Shown: in pieces, positions 51,348 to 64,000 of the stretch
Numbering within the stretch: the stretch's first letter is position 1
How the letters are laid out: every line of letters starts with the position of its first letter
Program-made: the position numbers and the translations under genes
Notes under the pieces: model-generated
The model's input: the letters and a program-made list of their open reading frames with translations, nothing else
Database searches by the model: none
Told to the model about the DNA's origin: nothing
Assembly (NCBI RefSeq): GCF_003704095.1
Contig: NW_020846920.1
Span: forward strand, 1-64,000
Direction: 5' to 3'
DNA: 64,000 nucleotides
DNA from: Pocillopora damicornis
Lineage: Eukaryota

Positions 51348-54300
51348 CGTTTAGTGTAACGTTATCAGCGGGGACGTCTTTTGCAACAACTTTTAACCAG
51401 TTATACTCGGAATGTTACTAAAGAGAAGAAGGCACCAGATAAACAAAAGTAATTCCGGTGAATATGGTGAAAATTATGGAAAAAATTCCCGCGATCTTTA
51501 TACAGGTAGATTGGGTGCTTCACTCACGCACGTTGGAATAAAAAGTGAAGGGCAAAGGTGATTCACTTGCTTCTTTGATTTTTTCGAGCACGTCACAATT
51601 ACCATAGCAATGTCAACAAACACCAGCTGCTCATTATCCTCATTATTTCCTTTTTTATCACTTGGCCATGTTTTGGTATAAGAAAATAAAGTAGATGAAA
51701 ACATTATCTAAAATTATTGTCCTTCACAATCACCGTTCTTGCACTATGTTTTCGTCTGCGGTTGTGGAGAAACAACAAATTGATTTTTCGGGTCAACACA
51801 CCTCATCGAATACCTCATGGATCAAGTCAAAAGCAGAATTTTATTTAATTTGTCGATCACACGCTATTTTTCCCTTCGAGAAAGTATGAATACATTAATA
51901 ACATCACAACTCGTATTTGTAGGAATAAGCACAGTTAAATTGAAATTGTTTTGAGGATCCTTTCCCTTCGAGAGGCGAATGTCATTACCTTCGCCTATTA
52001 TGCAGAAAACATTGTCTTTAAAATGATCGGCAAATATTAAAGGATTTGAAAGGGATGTTGTGTTTTCGAACCAAGCTGGTATATTTATGGCCACTGGGCA
52101 AAACATAGTCCAGAATTTTAAGCAGCCGTGATGGCCTCAAGCCTAGAAGTTTGAAACTGTTGTTACCGGTATGTTCCAATTGAGCAGTTTTACGAGACGT
52201 ATTTTCACTCAGTTATTCCAATTTTGCAAGACTCCGTTTATATGTCCGGCCGAATCTTCTAGTCTGTCAATTATTCAGAAAGATGTCTAACTGGAAAGAC
52301 TGACTATTAATAGAGCTAAATTACAGCTTATTTTTCGCTTCTCTTTCGAATCTTTTCATTCATCTTTGATTGGTTATTTAGTATCAACATTGGTTGTGAT
52401 GCCTCAGGCTGGGTCGATTAGGCAAAGCCAGATACAATATTAATGCATATCAAATCTGATGGCCAAAGTTTCATTACTTCGCCGAGTAAATGGAAAAAAG
52501 CTATGTAAATTTTATTTTTTAAAAAAGACAGACTGGCCAACATCGTGACAGTTCTGCTAAGAATCAACTAAGTGCAACATCTTTGTAATTATGTGCGTAA
52601 ATTACCTCTTTGTAATTACGTGCGTAAAAAAATAAACGCACTCGATTGTTTTTAGTTCGGCTGAACTCACGCAATAAAAACTCACGGAAACTTGTATTAT
52701 CTATCAATTCTAAATCAATCAACGCACAGTTTAAACCTTATTTTAAACAAGAGATAGAAGTTTACAGAAAAAAGTTCTTGTTATTTAACTGCTGTTTACT
52801 GGCACCCTGCTATTTCTTATTGACGAAGTTGATGGATCATGCCACGAGTTCAAATCCGCGCGAGGGGTTCATCAATGTAATGTTTATTATTCGCTGTAAA
52901 GCCCCTTTTAATCTTTGTACAATTAACTGTGCAATAAAATCTTAAAGTCCAAGAGAACGCTAACGTCACACTTGAGTCTCGTTTATGGGCAGTCTCTTTT
53001 TTTAATTAGCCATGGACCAGTGGCCTGAAACTGTAAGTCGTTTATCTCCGAAAGCCTAGTCATAAAATCGCTCCAAGATTCCCGTGATCATAATTGTTTC
53101 TTGTAATTTCTGTTATGCTGACAAAATTGTACTCAGCCTTATCATATTGTGTCGGCCAAGAGACACGAAATAGTTGACTTCAATGCAGAGTATTTTCCTG
53201 TTACGTAGAACAGAAAAGCTGACCTTGCCGGGCAGTTGTGCTCTAAATCACGTGCACGATAGGATGTGTTTGGATATGACGCCGAAAAAGAAAACGCTAA
53301 AACAAACTGTTTGCAATTTATCAATAACTGTATGTATTCAGTGAATGCTACTACGATGCATATATAGCAGATATATTCAATTCGATTATAAAAGAAAAGA
53401 ATCAAAAGCTTACGCAACATAAAATAAGGCTGTGATAAATATTCATTCGAACTCGATTTTACATATACAGCTTAACGAAAAACGTAAAGCCTTAGGAACT
53501 CAAGGAAGTGCAAAGAGTTTTCTTTGTTCAGTTGCAGCGTGATATCATGATGAAACCCACGAGTAACACTGTGTTTGTGTGGGAGATGGGGGTCAAGAAC
53601 TAACTCCTTTACGGTCGATTTGTTTTGTCATTGATGCAATCACTGAGTAGGCGTTAGAGACTCTTTACGGCCACGAAATACATTTTACTTACAATCAATT
53701 CACCCTCATTTTCACAAACTGATTGAGCCAAGTTGCATTTATCTAAAAAAAGTTAATGTTTTCCGAAAACCAGTCCCACACAATTTACATCAGTGAAAAT
53801 AAGTGTTAAGAGGAAATTTCACTTCACTGACTTTGACAAGGTTAAAATGCAAATCAACCGGCACTTTTTTTTTAAAGATCTAATGGTGTAACAACTCAGT
53901 GTTGGAGTTTTTGTTTCAACGTGTTCCATTTCAATAGATATATGTTTCTAAAGTTCTTCAGTTTTTAAAAGACCGAATAATGTATTCAGCTTGAGTAAAA
54001 AAAAAAAAAATAGCGACCTATAAATCATTTTTAATTAACTTTGTCACTGATTGATGATGCGAGGCCAGAAACCAAGCTTGAAGTCAAGAACCAACGTGCG
54101 CTCGACTGTTTCGTGTACATGGAACACAAAAAATACTTGAGCTTTTGCTACTCTTTTTACTACTTAGTAAGAGTACAAACAAACATCAAAACTAACTGAC
54201 AATTCATACTTTTCGACGGTTAATGACCGAGACTCCTCAAAAAACTCATTGCTGATATTGTGAGGTCGGAAAAAGCTTGTTTTTGAGAGGCAACCTGTTT

Positions 54301-54961
54301 GCTTGTTTTTGTTCAATTAATTTGACGGTTTTGATTACGAAATGTGAAAACGCATCCTTCTTATGAGTCAGCGAAATTGTGCTCAACGCTGAATGCATCA
54401 GTGCACTCAGCTAAGACGAAACTTTTCATCACGGAGTCAAACCACCAGGGTCAGGAAGGACAGGAAAGAAAAAAAATTTCTTCCATAGGTTTTATCGTCC
54501 AAATTAATCAATGAGATAACCTATCTAAAAGGAAAAAAAATCAGGAAAAATGTCATGTCGCATTTCGTCATGATACGCTTGTGTGACGCTACCCACTCTC
54601 ACTGCATCACGTTCTGTCTATTTTAATTTGGGGGAGAAATAGTGAAATCATGAATAATTTTCCGCGGGGCACCCTTAAATTCGCTGTACGTGAATGAAAT
54701 CCTACACTATGCAAACAGGTACCAAAAATGCGTTTGCAAGCATGCCCTGTGCTCGAGAGGACACTGAAATATCCACTGTTGCCACAAAGCCTTAATTGAA
54801 GACATGCGGGACTCACTTTCAAATCTCAGTTCTTTAGAAGAGTTTTTGCAATAATGAAAACTTGTATTAGACTTCTCATGGACCATAGCCTGTAAGTTAC
54901 ATTTAACAACTTCACTCTAAATCCACTAATGTTAAAATCCATGTTCTTCCAAATCATATAA

Positions 54962-56898
54962 TCAATCGATTGCTACAATTTTAAACAAAACATAACCATC
55001 GCCGTAAGGACATCCTCCAGACACCGCCGTCCAGTTAGCATCAGGCGGGATAAAAGACCCGCCTCCTCCGGCATGAAGATCAAGGTTCTTACTCTTGCCA
55101 TCGACTTGCACCCCACCACCAGAGTATCCACCCCCTCCTCCACAATTTCCCCCGCCACCGAATCCTCCTGTGCACTTGTTTATTATGCTGTATCCACCCC
55201 TTCCTCCTGTTTGAAAAGATTTGCCTCCATCTTTCTGGTCACATGGTTTGTTACAACTGGACGCCCTATAGCAGCGCCCATCCGTGAGAAGACCTCCACC
55301 ACCTCCAACACCACCTAAGTCTGCATCATTCCCCGACATGCAGACCTTCCCTCCCTTTCCTTTTCCCCCAGGATTGACGCTACCACTCAACCCGGCCTGA
55401 CCAGGATCACCATCTACCAAGTCAGCTGCGCCACCCCCGCCAGACACAGCCAATGGACTGCCATTGCCTGCCAAAACAACAAAAGTTCCTCCTCCGCCAC
55501 CTCCACCCCGTTTGCCTCGCTGCCCTACTAAAATTGTCAGCTGTATTCCCTGTTGAAGATGGACCGTCCCATTTAGTTTTGCTCCTTTACCACCGATGGT
55601 ATTAAATCCCTCGTGATTCCCACCTGTAGCTCCGCATAACTCGAGGTAATACGTGGCCGACAAAGGAATGTCCCATGATTGCAAACCGTCTTTCACTAAA
55701 ATCCCCTCCAGTGATGTACCCTGGTACAGCGCGTTATTTACTGGCCCAGACTTACCCGTTGCACCCAGTGTAGTGAAATGATATTCGATATCTAACAACA
55801 CAACAAGGAAAACCTTTGCTCAGATAGGAAACGAAAAGTTCTGTCTATACACTTTAGACGTGCAAAAAATGAAAACTTCATTCCACCTTTTACATGCATT
55901 AATTTATTTGACTATGAAATAAAAAAGCATTAAGCATATGGCGCATATCGGTACACGCACACCGTGAATACTCTGATAATATCAAATGAAATAAACTTTC
56001 ATGTCGCGATACATTGGGCTTTATAATAATGTTACCTACCTATCTTCTTTTCGCACCTGTCCCCAAACCACGGAAGTTTGCATTTGCACCGACATTTTTG
56101 TTTGTCGTTGTTGTAATTGCAGAGGCCTCCATTGAGACAGACCATCTGGTCGCATTCGTCCTGAATCAATGGTAAAATCGTCGGAAAAATAAATGAAGGT
56201 AAACAAAGCTACTAGACTTCACATAGAGTCGCATCTGTAACAATGTACTAACTCGGAGCTTATATCTACTTACAATAGCTCAGTATTACATTTCAAAGCT
56301 CCTCAGAAATTTAGTAATGGTCATGATTGACATTTGGAAGCAAAAGGTTCTCGTTTTTTATAAGTGAGATATGGAAATAAACAAAATCAGAAAAATATTT
56401 CGAGAGGAATGAGATATGGAAATGGGGCACACAGGAAAAACAGTTTAAGAGACGAATATCATCTAAAAATTAATTAACCAACAGAAACTGAAATCTCAAG
56501 ATATTACAGTAAACATGTAAAAGAAGAACTTTGTCACCCACCATAACGTTGATACTACTTTGAAACACTGGAGAGTAGGCAGAATATGTAAATCCTTCCG
56601 CGTACATCAATTCATCGCCGGAAATTAAGGAATCAACGTGGTCATTTAACTCACACAAGAGCTTATTCTCCGCTGAGGAAATTCCAAAGTTCGTGGACAC
56701 GCATCTGGTCTCCATCAAGCACGAATGAGCGCAAGACAATGATGTAGAACCGTTTAGAGTCCTAATCTGGTGGCCATTAAGCCTGTGATCCAAAACTGTT
56801 TTAATAGCACCCTGCATGTAACGTTGTTCGAAGCTGCAAGAAATTCCAAAAATATGAAGTGCAGTAACAAGAACCCACAGAAAAACAGGTGAATTCAT
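54962..56898 (-). CDS. Secreted PAN/Apple-EGF-ALK/LTK-like glycine-rich-domain protein (paralogue A)
   Basis: Exons 56898-~56542 (signal peptide; LDHRLNGH...SCAHSCLMETRCVSTNF...CELN), 56160-56040 (EGF: CDQMVCLNGGLC...CKCKLPWFGDRC) and 55791-54962 (FTTLGATG..GP...GLQSWDIP...GGKGA...ILVGQRG...GGGGGTFV...GGFGGGG...GGGGYSGGG...GGGGSF...GDGYV-stop). Confidence 0.88.
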
Positions 56899-57922
56899 CT
56901 CGAAGACCACTCAATATCATATAACTAAGAGAAAACTCATTATAGTTAAGACTGATCGTTTCTCTTAAGGCACAAGGTGTTGTAATGGCCACTTGCGTAG
57001 ATTGTCTATGAAATCAGTTGCTTTTTGAGCAAACACTGATAATTATGCTTTCCACTGACATTAAAACTTCTCTTCGATACAATAATGGAAGTGCCAGATA
57101 CAGTAAACAATAAAAGGGATGCTTAAAAGCTGTGGTCGAACAAAACACATTAACGTTTGCTTTAAGTAACTGGTGACGTGTCATTAGGTCAGACTAAAAT
57201 AACTGTTTCAAACTCTGGTCACCAACTCTGTATCCCGTCTGTTTTTACAATCGCCGATTTCAGTAGTAATAATGGTAATAATAACAATCATGATTAAAAT
57301 AATAACTTATTATTATTATTGAGTAGTAATTTTAGCGTTTTTTTCTTAATTTTTCAATTTCCACTGTTAAATTAATACTCCTGTTAAAAAAAATTCCCTA
57401 ATCTTTTAAATCCATTGTTTTACTTTTATCGCAATTTTTGGGAGTTAATTTATCAATTCAGAATAAAAGAATTACGATGATAGCTCAAAAAACTGGAAAA
57501 TAAAAAATAAAGATACTAATAATAGTTACGACAATAATAATAAATAAGGATTATAATAATGCCGGAAAAACACTGCGCACCCAAAGATGTCATTAGAGAT
57601 GCACCTTTTAGCAATGCACATGTCCAAAAGTCAATTTAAAAAGTAAGATCGTGTCAACATTTAAATTACAATTTAATAAAAAAATTGCACCATTTCAAGA
57701 AAACTTATTTAGTTTCATTTATATTTTAATAAATCAAAATCGTCTGCCGATTATCTGACAGTTGCCAAGGAGAAGTATCAACAAGATCAAAACGTTCCGA
57801 TAGAACGTCGAAATTCTGTCTTCCATTTACCTTAAAGTATAATGATACATTGAAACAAAGTAAACATTATTAAGTTCAAGTCAAGGATAAAGTGTTTCAC
57901 CGAGGAGAATTCAGCAGGATGT

Positions 57923-60889
57923 ATGCAAGATCCCTGGGTTAAATTTGCAAAGCACTCTTCAATCATGTTCGTCAAAGCTATTATGGCCTTGGTATCATAT
58001 TTCATTGTCTTCGGATATTTGCTTCACTTGCCACAATGTTCAGCCTGGAAAAGAGGACAGAACAATTTATCCTTTAATGGTGCTCTCTTCTGCCGTCAAA
58101 ACTTTGCACTGAAAACGGACATTTTAAGAAAAGTGAAAACTTTCGGGGAGATTCAATGTGCGTTTGTTTGTTTGTCTGAAAACGACTGTGTCGCACAAAC
58201 GTACTGCGACGATTCGCCAAGGAGAAAAAATCCCAAAGGAACATGCTATTTACATAAAAACGGCGTTAAGAACGAAGAGAACAGTGCCCGTCTCGTAAAA
58301 AGTAAGAGATGCACCTTTCAGCAATACATGGATTTAGACGTAAGTCAAAAAATATTTAGTTTTCTGTTGACGAAAATATAGATAAATTCTCTTCTAAATG
58401 TTTCATATCTTCTGGTAGCGATGAAGATGTACTAACAACCACATCAAATTAGGTATCTTTGATGAGAAACTTTACAATTCAAAGGATTTCACAATTTTTT
58501 TATTCAGGATCTTAGTATTAATTAAGTGTCTTAGAATTTACTTTTAGTCGGAAAAAAGCATTCTGAGCGCAGGGCTCAAATCAAAATATGTTTGCTAACT
58601 TAGAATTCATTGCATTTATTCAAAGTGATGAACTTTGTCTCCTCAATGTTCATTTTCATAACCGCAAAAAAACCGAAAGCAACTAAGTAAGGAAAACCTT
58701 CGCGTTTAATTGTGCCCTGCCATGCTTTAGTGAAATTTTATCGCAAGGAAAAATTATATAAAGGGAGGTAAATGACAGGCAAGGCAGTGTCTAGCAGTAT
58801 TGATTTATGTACAAGATTACAATCGGATCTTAGACAAACATTGTGTTTTTAGCGCTTAAATTGCATGCAAATATTGGCTTTAATCATCATAGGTGCCTAA
58901 CACATGTTTTCAACCGCAAAAAAAAAAAACAATCGTCAGCTTATCTGAGGCTATGAATGAAAACAAGTAAATGAATTGTTGCCATCGAGAGCGTAATTTA
59001 TCTTACTTCTTCGAGTCGTATATAAGGCCTTGAACGAGCATTGATTGCATGAAGGATCGGATTCCAGGGAATGTGAAAAAAAAGAAAAGGGTAGATTCTC
59101 TGAGGCGGGGTGTTGTAGTTTGCAGTAAACACTTTGTTTCTACTAGTAGTTGTAACAAGACATCAAAGAAATCAGAAGGTTACAAAATTAAGATCAAATA
59201 TTGCTACACAACGGAAATATAAACGGCCAAACATACAAACAAGGTTATGACGTGCATAAAAACACAGAGTAAAGTAGATTAGTCAGGCAAAGATCCATAC
59301 TAAAAAAATATCGAGCGGGCTGTAAAACATACTAGACTGGCCCAATATGAAATAACTTTATGGGTTTACTGCTGATACTGCCTTTAATCAAAAGCAACTG
59401 TTCGAGATTAGGGTGTTATGAATCTTGCAGGAGGTCTCGTGCTCAAGAAAATGTCAAAATGGTATGAAGTGTCAGTACGACTATGATACCAGAAAATGCC
59501 AACGCAGATGTGAGCCGCCCTACACAGGAATTGATTGCAACCAGCTTCAAGGTAGAATCCTCAGCGCATTACATTAAGCATTTCAAGAGCTGCAACACTT
59601 TTTCTTAACGCAAAATTGTGTAAATCAAGAAACCAGTAGCTTCGAACAATACCAGGTTCACCTCATCCTCATCAAAAAGTAGTTGCAAGCTGTACCTATG
59701 GGATGAAAAATAATTTGATTTATGTCCTAATGGGATTTGCTTTGGGGAGGCAGCAGTTGTGGAGGCGCTCGCCCATCACAGCTGGGGTCTGGGTTCGATT
59801 CCCGAAGTTGTGGGTTGAGTGTGATGAGTGTTCTCATCCGCGCTCCACTTAGTTTATTCACAAAAACCAAAACTCAACATTTTAAAAAAAAATAAAGGGT
59901 CGCAGACGAAGAACCATTAGGCATCTCTATAATGATGCCCTTTATAACTAAAACTTTGTCTCTCCAATTCACTCGTCGTCCAAATGGGATCGAGATAAAG
60001 GGAATCCAATTTATTGTGCACTACAACAGGAAGTGAGATTTACTTTGGTTTTATTCCAGCCATATCCTTTCGTTTCACCACTCTTGGTGCACAAGGTAAC
60101 TCTGGGCCAATATCGACTGCTGAATATGTGAACACGTCACTACAGGGAACGGTAACACTCGACAAAGGGGTCCAGATCTGGAGAGTGCCATTCACTGCTC
60201 TTTATAGGCTCAAAGTCGCTGGGGCTTCAGGAGGGAAGGCGTCATCCTCAGGGGGAAAGGGTGCAATCGTAGCAGGAGTGTTGCTGCTAACGAAGGGAAC
60301 TGTGCTGCACCTTTTGATTGGTCAGAAAGGACTTCCAGGAAGTTCTGGTGCAGGAGGAGGTGGGGGAACTTTCGTAGTTTTTAACAAAAACACGCTTTTG
60401 GTAGCAGCAGGTGGCGGTGGCGGTGGAGGTGGTCATATTACCTCAGAAGACGGAGATGATGGTCAAGCGATCAAAGCTGGCAGCGTTTATGGTGGTGTAA
60501 ATGGTTTGGGTGGATCAGTGTGCGCTAGAGAGGACAACAATGCAGGGGGAGGAGCTGGATTTAAGGAAAATGGCAAATGTAGTCGCAATGTGTCATGTTC
60601 CTTAACTCCTCATCCATGCAACGAGTCCGGGTTGGCCTATGTAAATGGTGGTCTGGGTGGCAATGGGAATGGTGTTGGAGGATTCGGCGGGGGTGGGGCG
60701 GCATACAAAGATTTTGGAGGAGGCGGAGGGGGTTATTCAGGAGGGGGAGTGCATGCCACGTCTTTGGGTTCACGGGCAGGAGGGGGTGGATCTTACTGGG
60801 CCGTAGGGCGGTTGAAGTCAAGCAATGACACCAACTCTGGCGACGGATACGTATTGATAGATTTCAATAACAGTTTAAGAAAAAAATGA
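57923..60889 (+). CDS. Secreted PAN/Apple-EGF-ALK/LTK-like glycine-rich-domain protein (paralogue B)
   Basis: Exons 57923 (or ATG 57965)-58339, 59431-59551 (EGF-like) and 60060-60889 (FTTLGAQGNSGP...GVQIWRVP...GASGG...LLIGQKG...GGGGGTFV...VAAGGGGG...GGFGGGG...GGYSGGG...GGGGSY...GDGYV). Intron phases (0, 1) match paralogue A. Confidence 0.9.
59745..59845 (+). mobile_element. Truncated tRNA-derived SINE
   Basis: ...gcgctcgcccatcacagctggggtctgggttcgattcccg (B box) followed by tgtgggttgagtgtg. Confidence 0.55.
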
Positions 60890-61957
60890 TTGATTCGTTG
60901 ATCTCTCTTCTTTAAAGTCTTTGTATTCCAGTGCTATATGTTGCCAACGCGTTAGTGGAAATATTTGTGTCAGGGCGCTATTTCAGGATTGATAGATCTG
61001 AAAGAGAGCTCTACCAGCCGCACAGTGTATGGGCACGATGAATTTTATGGGGCAAGCAGTCGGTCCATCTACAACTTATGGCGCGAATCTCCAGTTCAGA
61101 AGACAGGTGGAACTTTAGGTGGTAATACCACAAAAACAAATGTTGCAGATCGATGCTCGCTGGCCAATTGCAAGATGGCGTTTATGCACTAATAACAGAG
61201 TTGAAAACTACGTTCTTCAAATCAAAAGGATATTTTATAATTTTTTTGTTTGTGCAGATGAGCAGAAGAGGGCATATTAACTGTAGCGAACCAAAAGGAA
61301 ACTATGTGACCGATATAAATGAGCTCTGTTATCGCAGACCAAGTAGCTGGAGGGGGGGGGGGGGGGGGGGGCATACTCTCATACCTTTTATTGGTCTGCA
61401 TAAGCTCAATAATAGAGTTGAATAAGAAGACAAGTTGCAAGGGAAAGTGAAGACCAGCCGACATTTTTGATGTAATGGATTTCTTATCACGCTCCTTGAT
61501 GCGTTAAAACAATTAGTTGACTCAGTCTTATGTTGCACAATAAAATTACCCACTCCAAAATCGCTGGAAAAATGTAGCGCAAACACTCATCTTTATCACA
61601 AAAGCAACAGATCTTAGAGTAACTTTATTTTCTCTGCATGAACAAAAATGTAACGAACAAAAAACGTCAATTATATACGGAGAGAACCCAAAACTAAACA
61701 AATGGGATCTCAGAAGGAACAGATCTTGAAATAATTTCAATTTGTTTACATTTACAAGAAAAAACCTATCAAATCTGTCAATTCGATAAGGAGAAAACTC
61801 AACATATACGGAAAACTTCCGCCAAGATGTCTTGCATTTAGAATAAGTTTAATATATCACATAAACATAAATGTGCAACGAATAAAGTATTACTTAAAAT
61901 GAAAAATTTACGCTTGAAGTATTGAATAAATATAGGAACACAGTTTAGATCGAGAAG

Positions 61958-64000
61958 ATGGCTGAGAGAGCTGCGTTGATTCATGTGTTCACATCCACAT
62001 GTGCTTTAGTTGTTCTAGGAGAATCGCTACAATCATTGCACTGGAAACGTCTGAGTGATAGCTCATACTTTGATGGAGCAGTTTTACTCCGGCGTGACTT
62101 TGCATTTAAAAGGGACATCTTAAGAACAGTGAAAACATCGGGGGAAGTTCACTGTGGCCTCGCCTGTTTGTCTGAAAGTGACTGCATCGCACAAACGTAC
62201 TGCCGCGAGCCGTGGCAGAAACTCAAGGGAACATGCTATCTGCATCGAAGAGGAATCAAAGACGGGCTGGCTGAAGATGCCTTCGTGAAAAGCGATGGAT
62301 GTACTTACCAACAATACATAGATTTTCACGTAAGTACATTTTGCATTATATTTGTAATAAAGTAATTTTTAGTATTCATTTAAAAAAAAAGGAAAAACAA
62401 AAAAAACAAGGAGCAAGTAATGCGGAATTATTTTCAATTTAAACTATTCATTTACCGTTTCCATTTGTCTCCAACAAATGACGAATTCTCAATGATTCTC
62501 TGGACATTGATTATTTACAGTGGAAATAATTAACAGTTTGGGCAAAACAAACACGCTGTAAGGATCAGTGAATCGGCCCATCGGAATAAACGTTCACCCG
62601 ACCAAAAACCAAAGAGGATTTGATAATCAATTCAAGTCGAATTTTGAAAGCAATTCAAGGCCCAAATTTCAGAGTAAAGTACAAATGCAGTAAGAATTAC
62701 TGAATTGGCTGGCGTATCGGATAAACGTCTATCTAACTAAAAACGGGGGAAGATGTGATAATCAAGTCGAATTTGAAGTCGTTAAAGAAGAATTTAAGGC
62801 ATAACTTTTCCATTGCGGTATTTATTTTGTTTCTTAAATCATTAATTGTGGTCAAGAGACCGAACGATAAAAGAAATGAAATTTTTGATTTCCAAGGAAG
62901 CTCTCATCGTAAATATATTTCTGAAAACTGCCATAAAACTTAAAGAAAACAACTTGCTGAAAGAAGTACTGAAATACCAATTTTCTGAGCAATGACGAGA
63001 GAGGAGAAATAAAACAGCTCCGTTGATTAAATCACAGAGACTAATGAGAACACTTCCACGAGGTTGTGGACGGTGTTTAAAAAATAAAAACGATTTGTAA
63101 CGTGTGTAACCTTTCCTGTCAGACGCCTTGCTCAAGCAAATGTCAAAATGGTCAGACATGTAGCTATGACCATGATAACAGACGATATGCTTGCCTCTGT
63201 GAGAAGCCATACACTGGAATGTACTGTGAAAAGTCTAAAGGTAACATTTTAACAACCTGGGATGAGATCAGTCTTGCAGAGTTGTCACAGGTCCACCTTC
63301 GTCTGCTCCATTTTCAGATTGGGTTTAAAGAAAGCTTCCTGAATATTTTTACTCTTTCAATTTAGTAACAAAGTGAGGTAAAGCGAATTATGTTCTTAAA
63401 GAGCAGCAACGTTTCTTTAATTCTCGCCCAATAAAAACTTCAGCCTCAAAGAACATTGTCATTCGACATAGCAAAGTGATTATTAGTTCCTACATTCCCT
63501 CACAAATGCTTTGTTTTCTTTCTGTAGCTGAAAAGAAATTTGTCAATTTTCATAAGCACGAGACCTTTCCCCTTGTTTTCTGCAAGATTTCAGTGATGGT
63601 GTACACAACACTGTATAGTAGAAAACTCGAAGGCTTTTATTTGGGAGTAGTGGTGGTAATAGCACTATTTAAGCTTGAGATGATAACGCTGTCACAGTTT
63701 TTTTTAAAAAAAATCCAATTTATTAAGTTATCTTTTAATATCGATTATTAATCCATTAATGCATTGTTCCTTTGACTTCCTTGTTGTTTCAGCAATGGCC
63801 TTTTATTTCACTTTCCTTGGTGCTCGAGGCAACACTGGGCCGATATCAACAGCTGGATACAAACGCACGCCTCTAGAAGGGACAGTAACACTCAACAAAG
63901 GAATACAGATCTGGACGGTTCCATTTACCGCGCGGTATAGTTTCACTGTGGCTGGGGCATCAGGAGGGATGGGATATCAACCAGGAGGGAATGGTGCAAT
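61958..64000 (+). CDS. PAN/Apple-EGF-ALK/LTK-like glycine-rich-domain protein (paralogue C), 3' end beyond the window
   Basis: Exons 61958-62329 (clearly similar to B: FAFKRDILRTVKT.GEVHC..ACLSESDCIAQTYC), 63123-63240 (EGF) and 63793->64000 (FYFTFLGARGNTGP...GIQIWTVPFTARY...AGASGG). Confidence 0.88.

Noticed and set aside
54962-60889. Calling these genes ALK or LTK
   Set aside because: There are no MAM, LDLa, TM or kinase exons, and stop codons follow the Gly-rich domain directly.

Overview
AT-rich, intron-containing eukaryotic genomic DNA with five N-gaps. The gene families and interspersed repeats suggest an anthozoan cnidarian, probably a stony coral (inference only). From left to right the window holds: (1) degenerate duplicated exon-like units and a pseudogenised DDE transposase fused to an OTU deubiquitinase and CXC-like Cys clusters; (2) a multi-exon NRF-6/OACYL-like acyltransferase (+); (3) a two-exon melatonin-receptor-like class A GPCR (-); (4) an 18-coding-exon CNOT10 (-) whose introns carry MITEs, a SINE and a palindromic element with a minimal hammerhead-ribozyme motif; (5) a 123-aa single-exon ORF with a PP1-docking RVxF motif (-); (6) a predicted GPI-anchored mucin-like/Cys-rich surface protein with a GC-AG intron (-); (7) a cluster of at least three paralogues encoding secreted signal peptide-PAN/Apple-EGF-ALK/LTK glycine-rich-domain proteins, with no transmembrane or kinase part in the two complete copies. 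The cluster is the most intriguing system here. Exon boundaries were read by eye from GT/GC-AG sites and frame continuity; no database searches were run.
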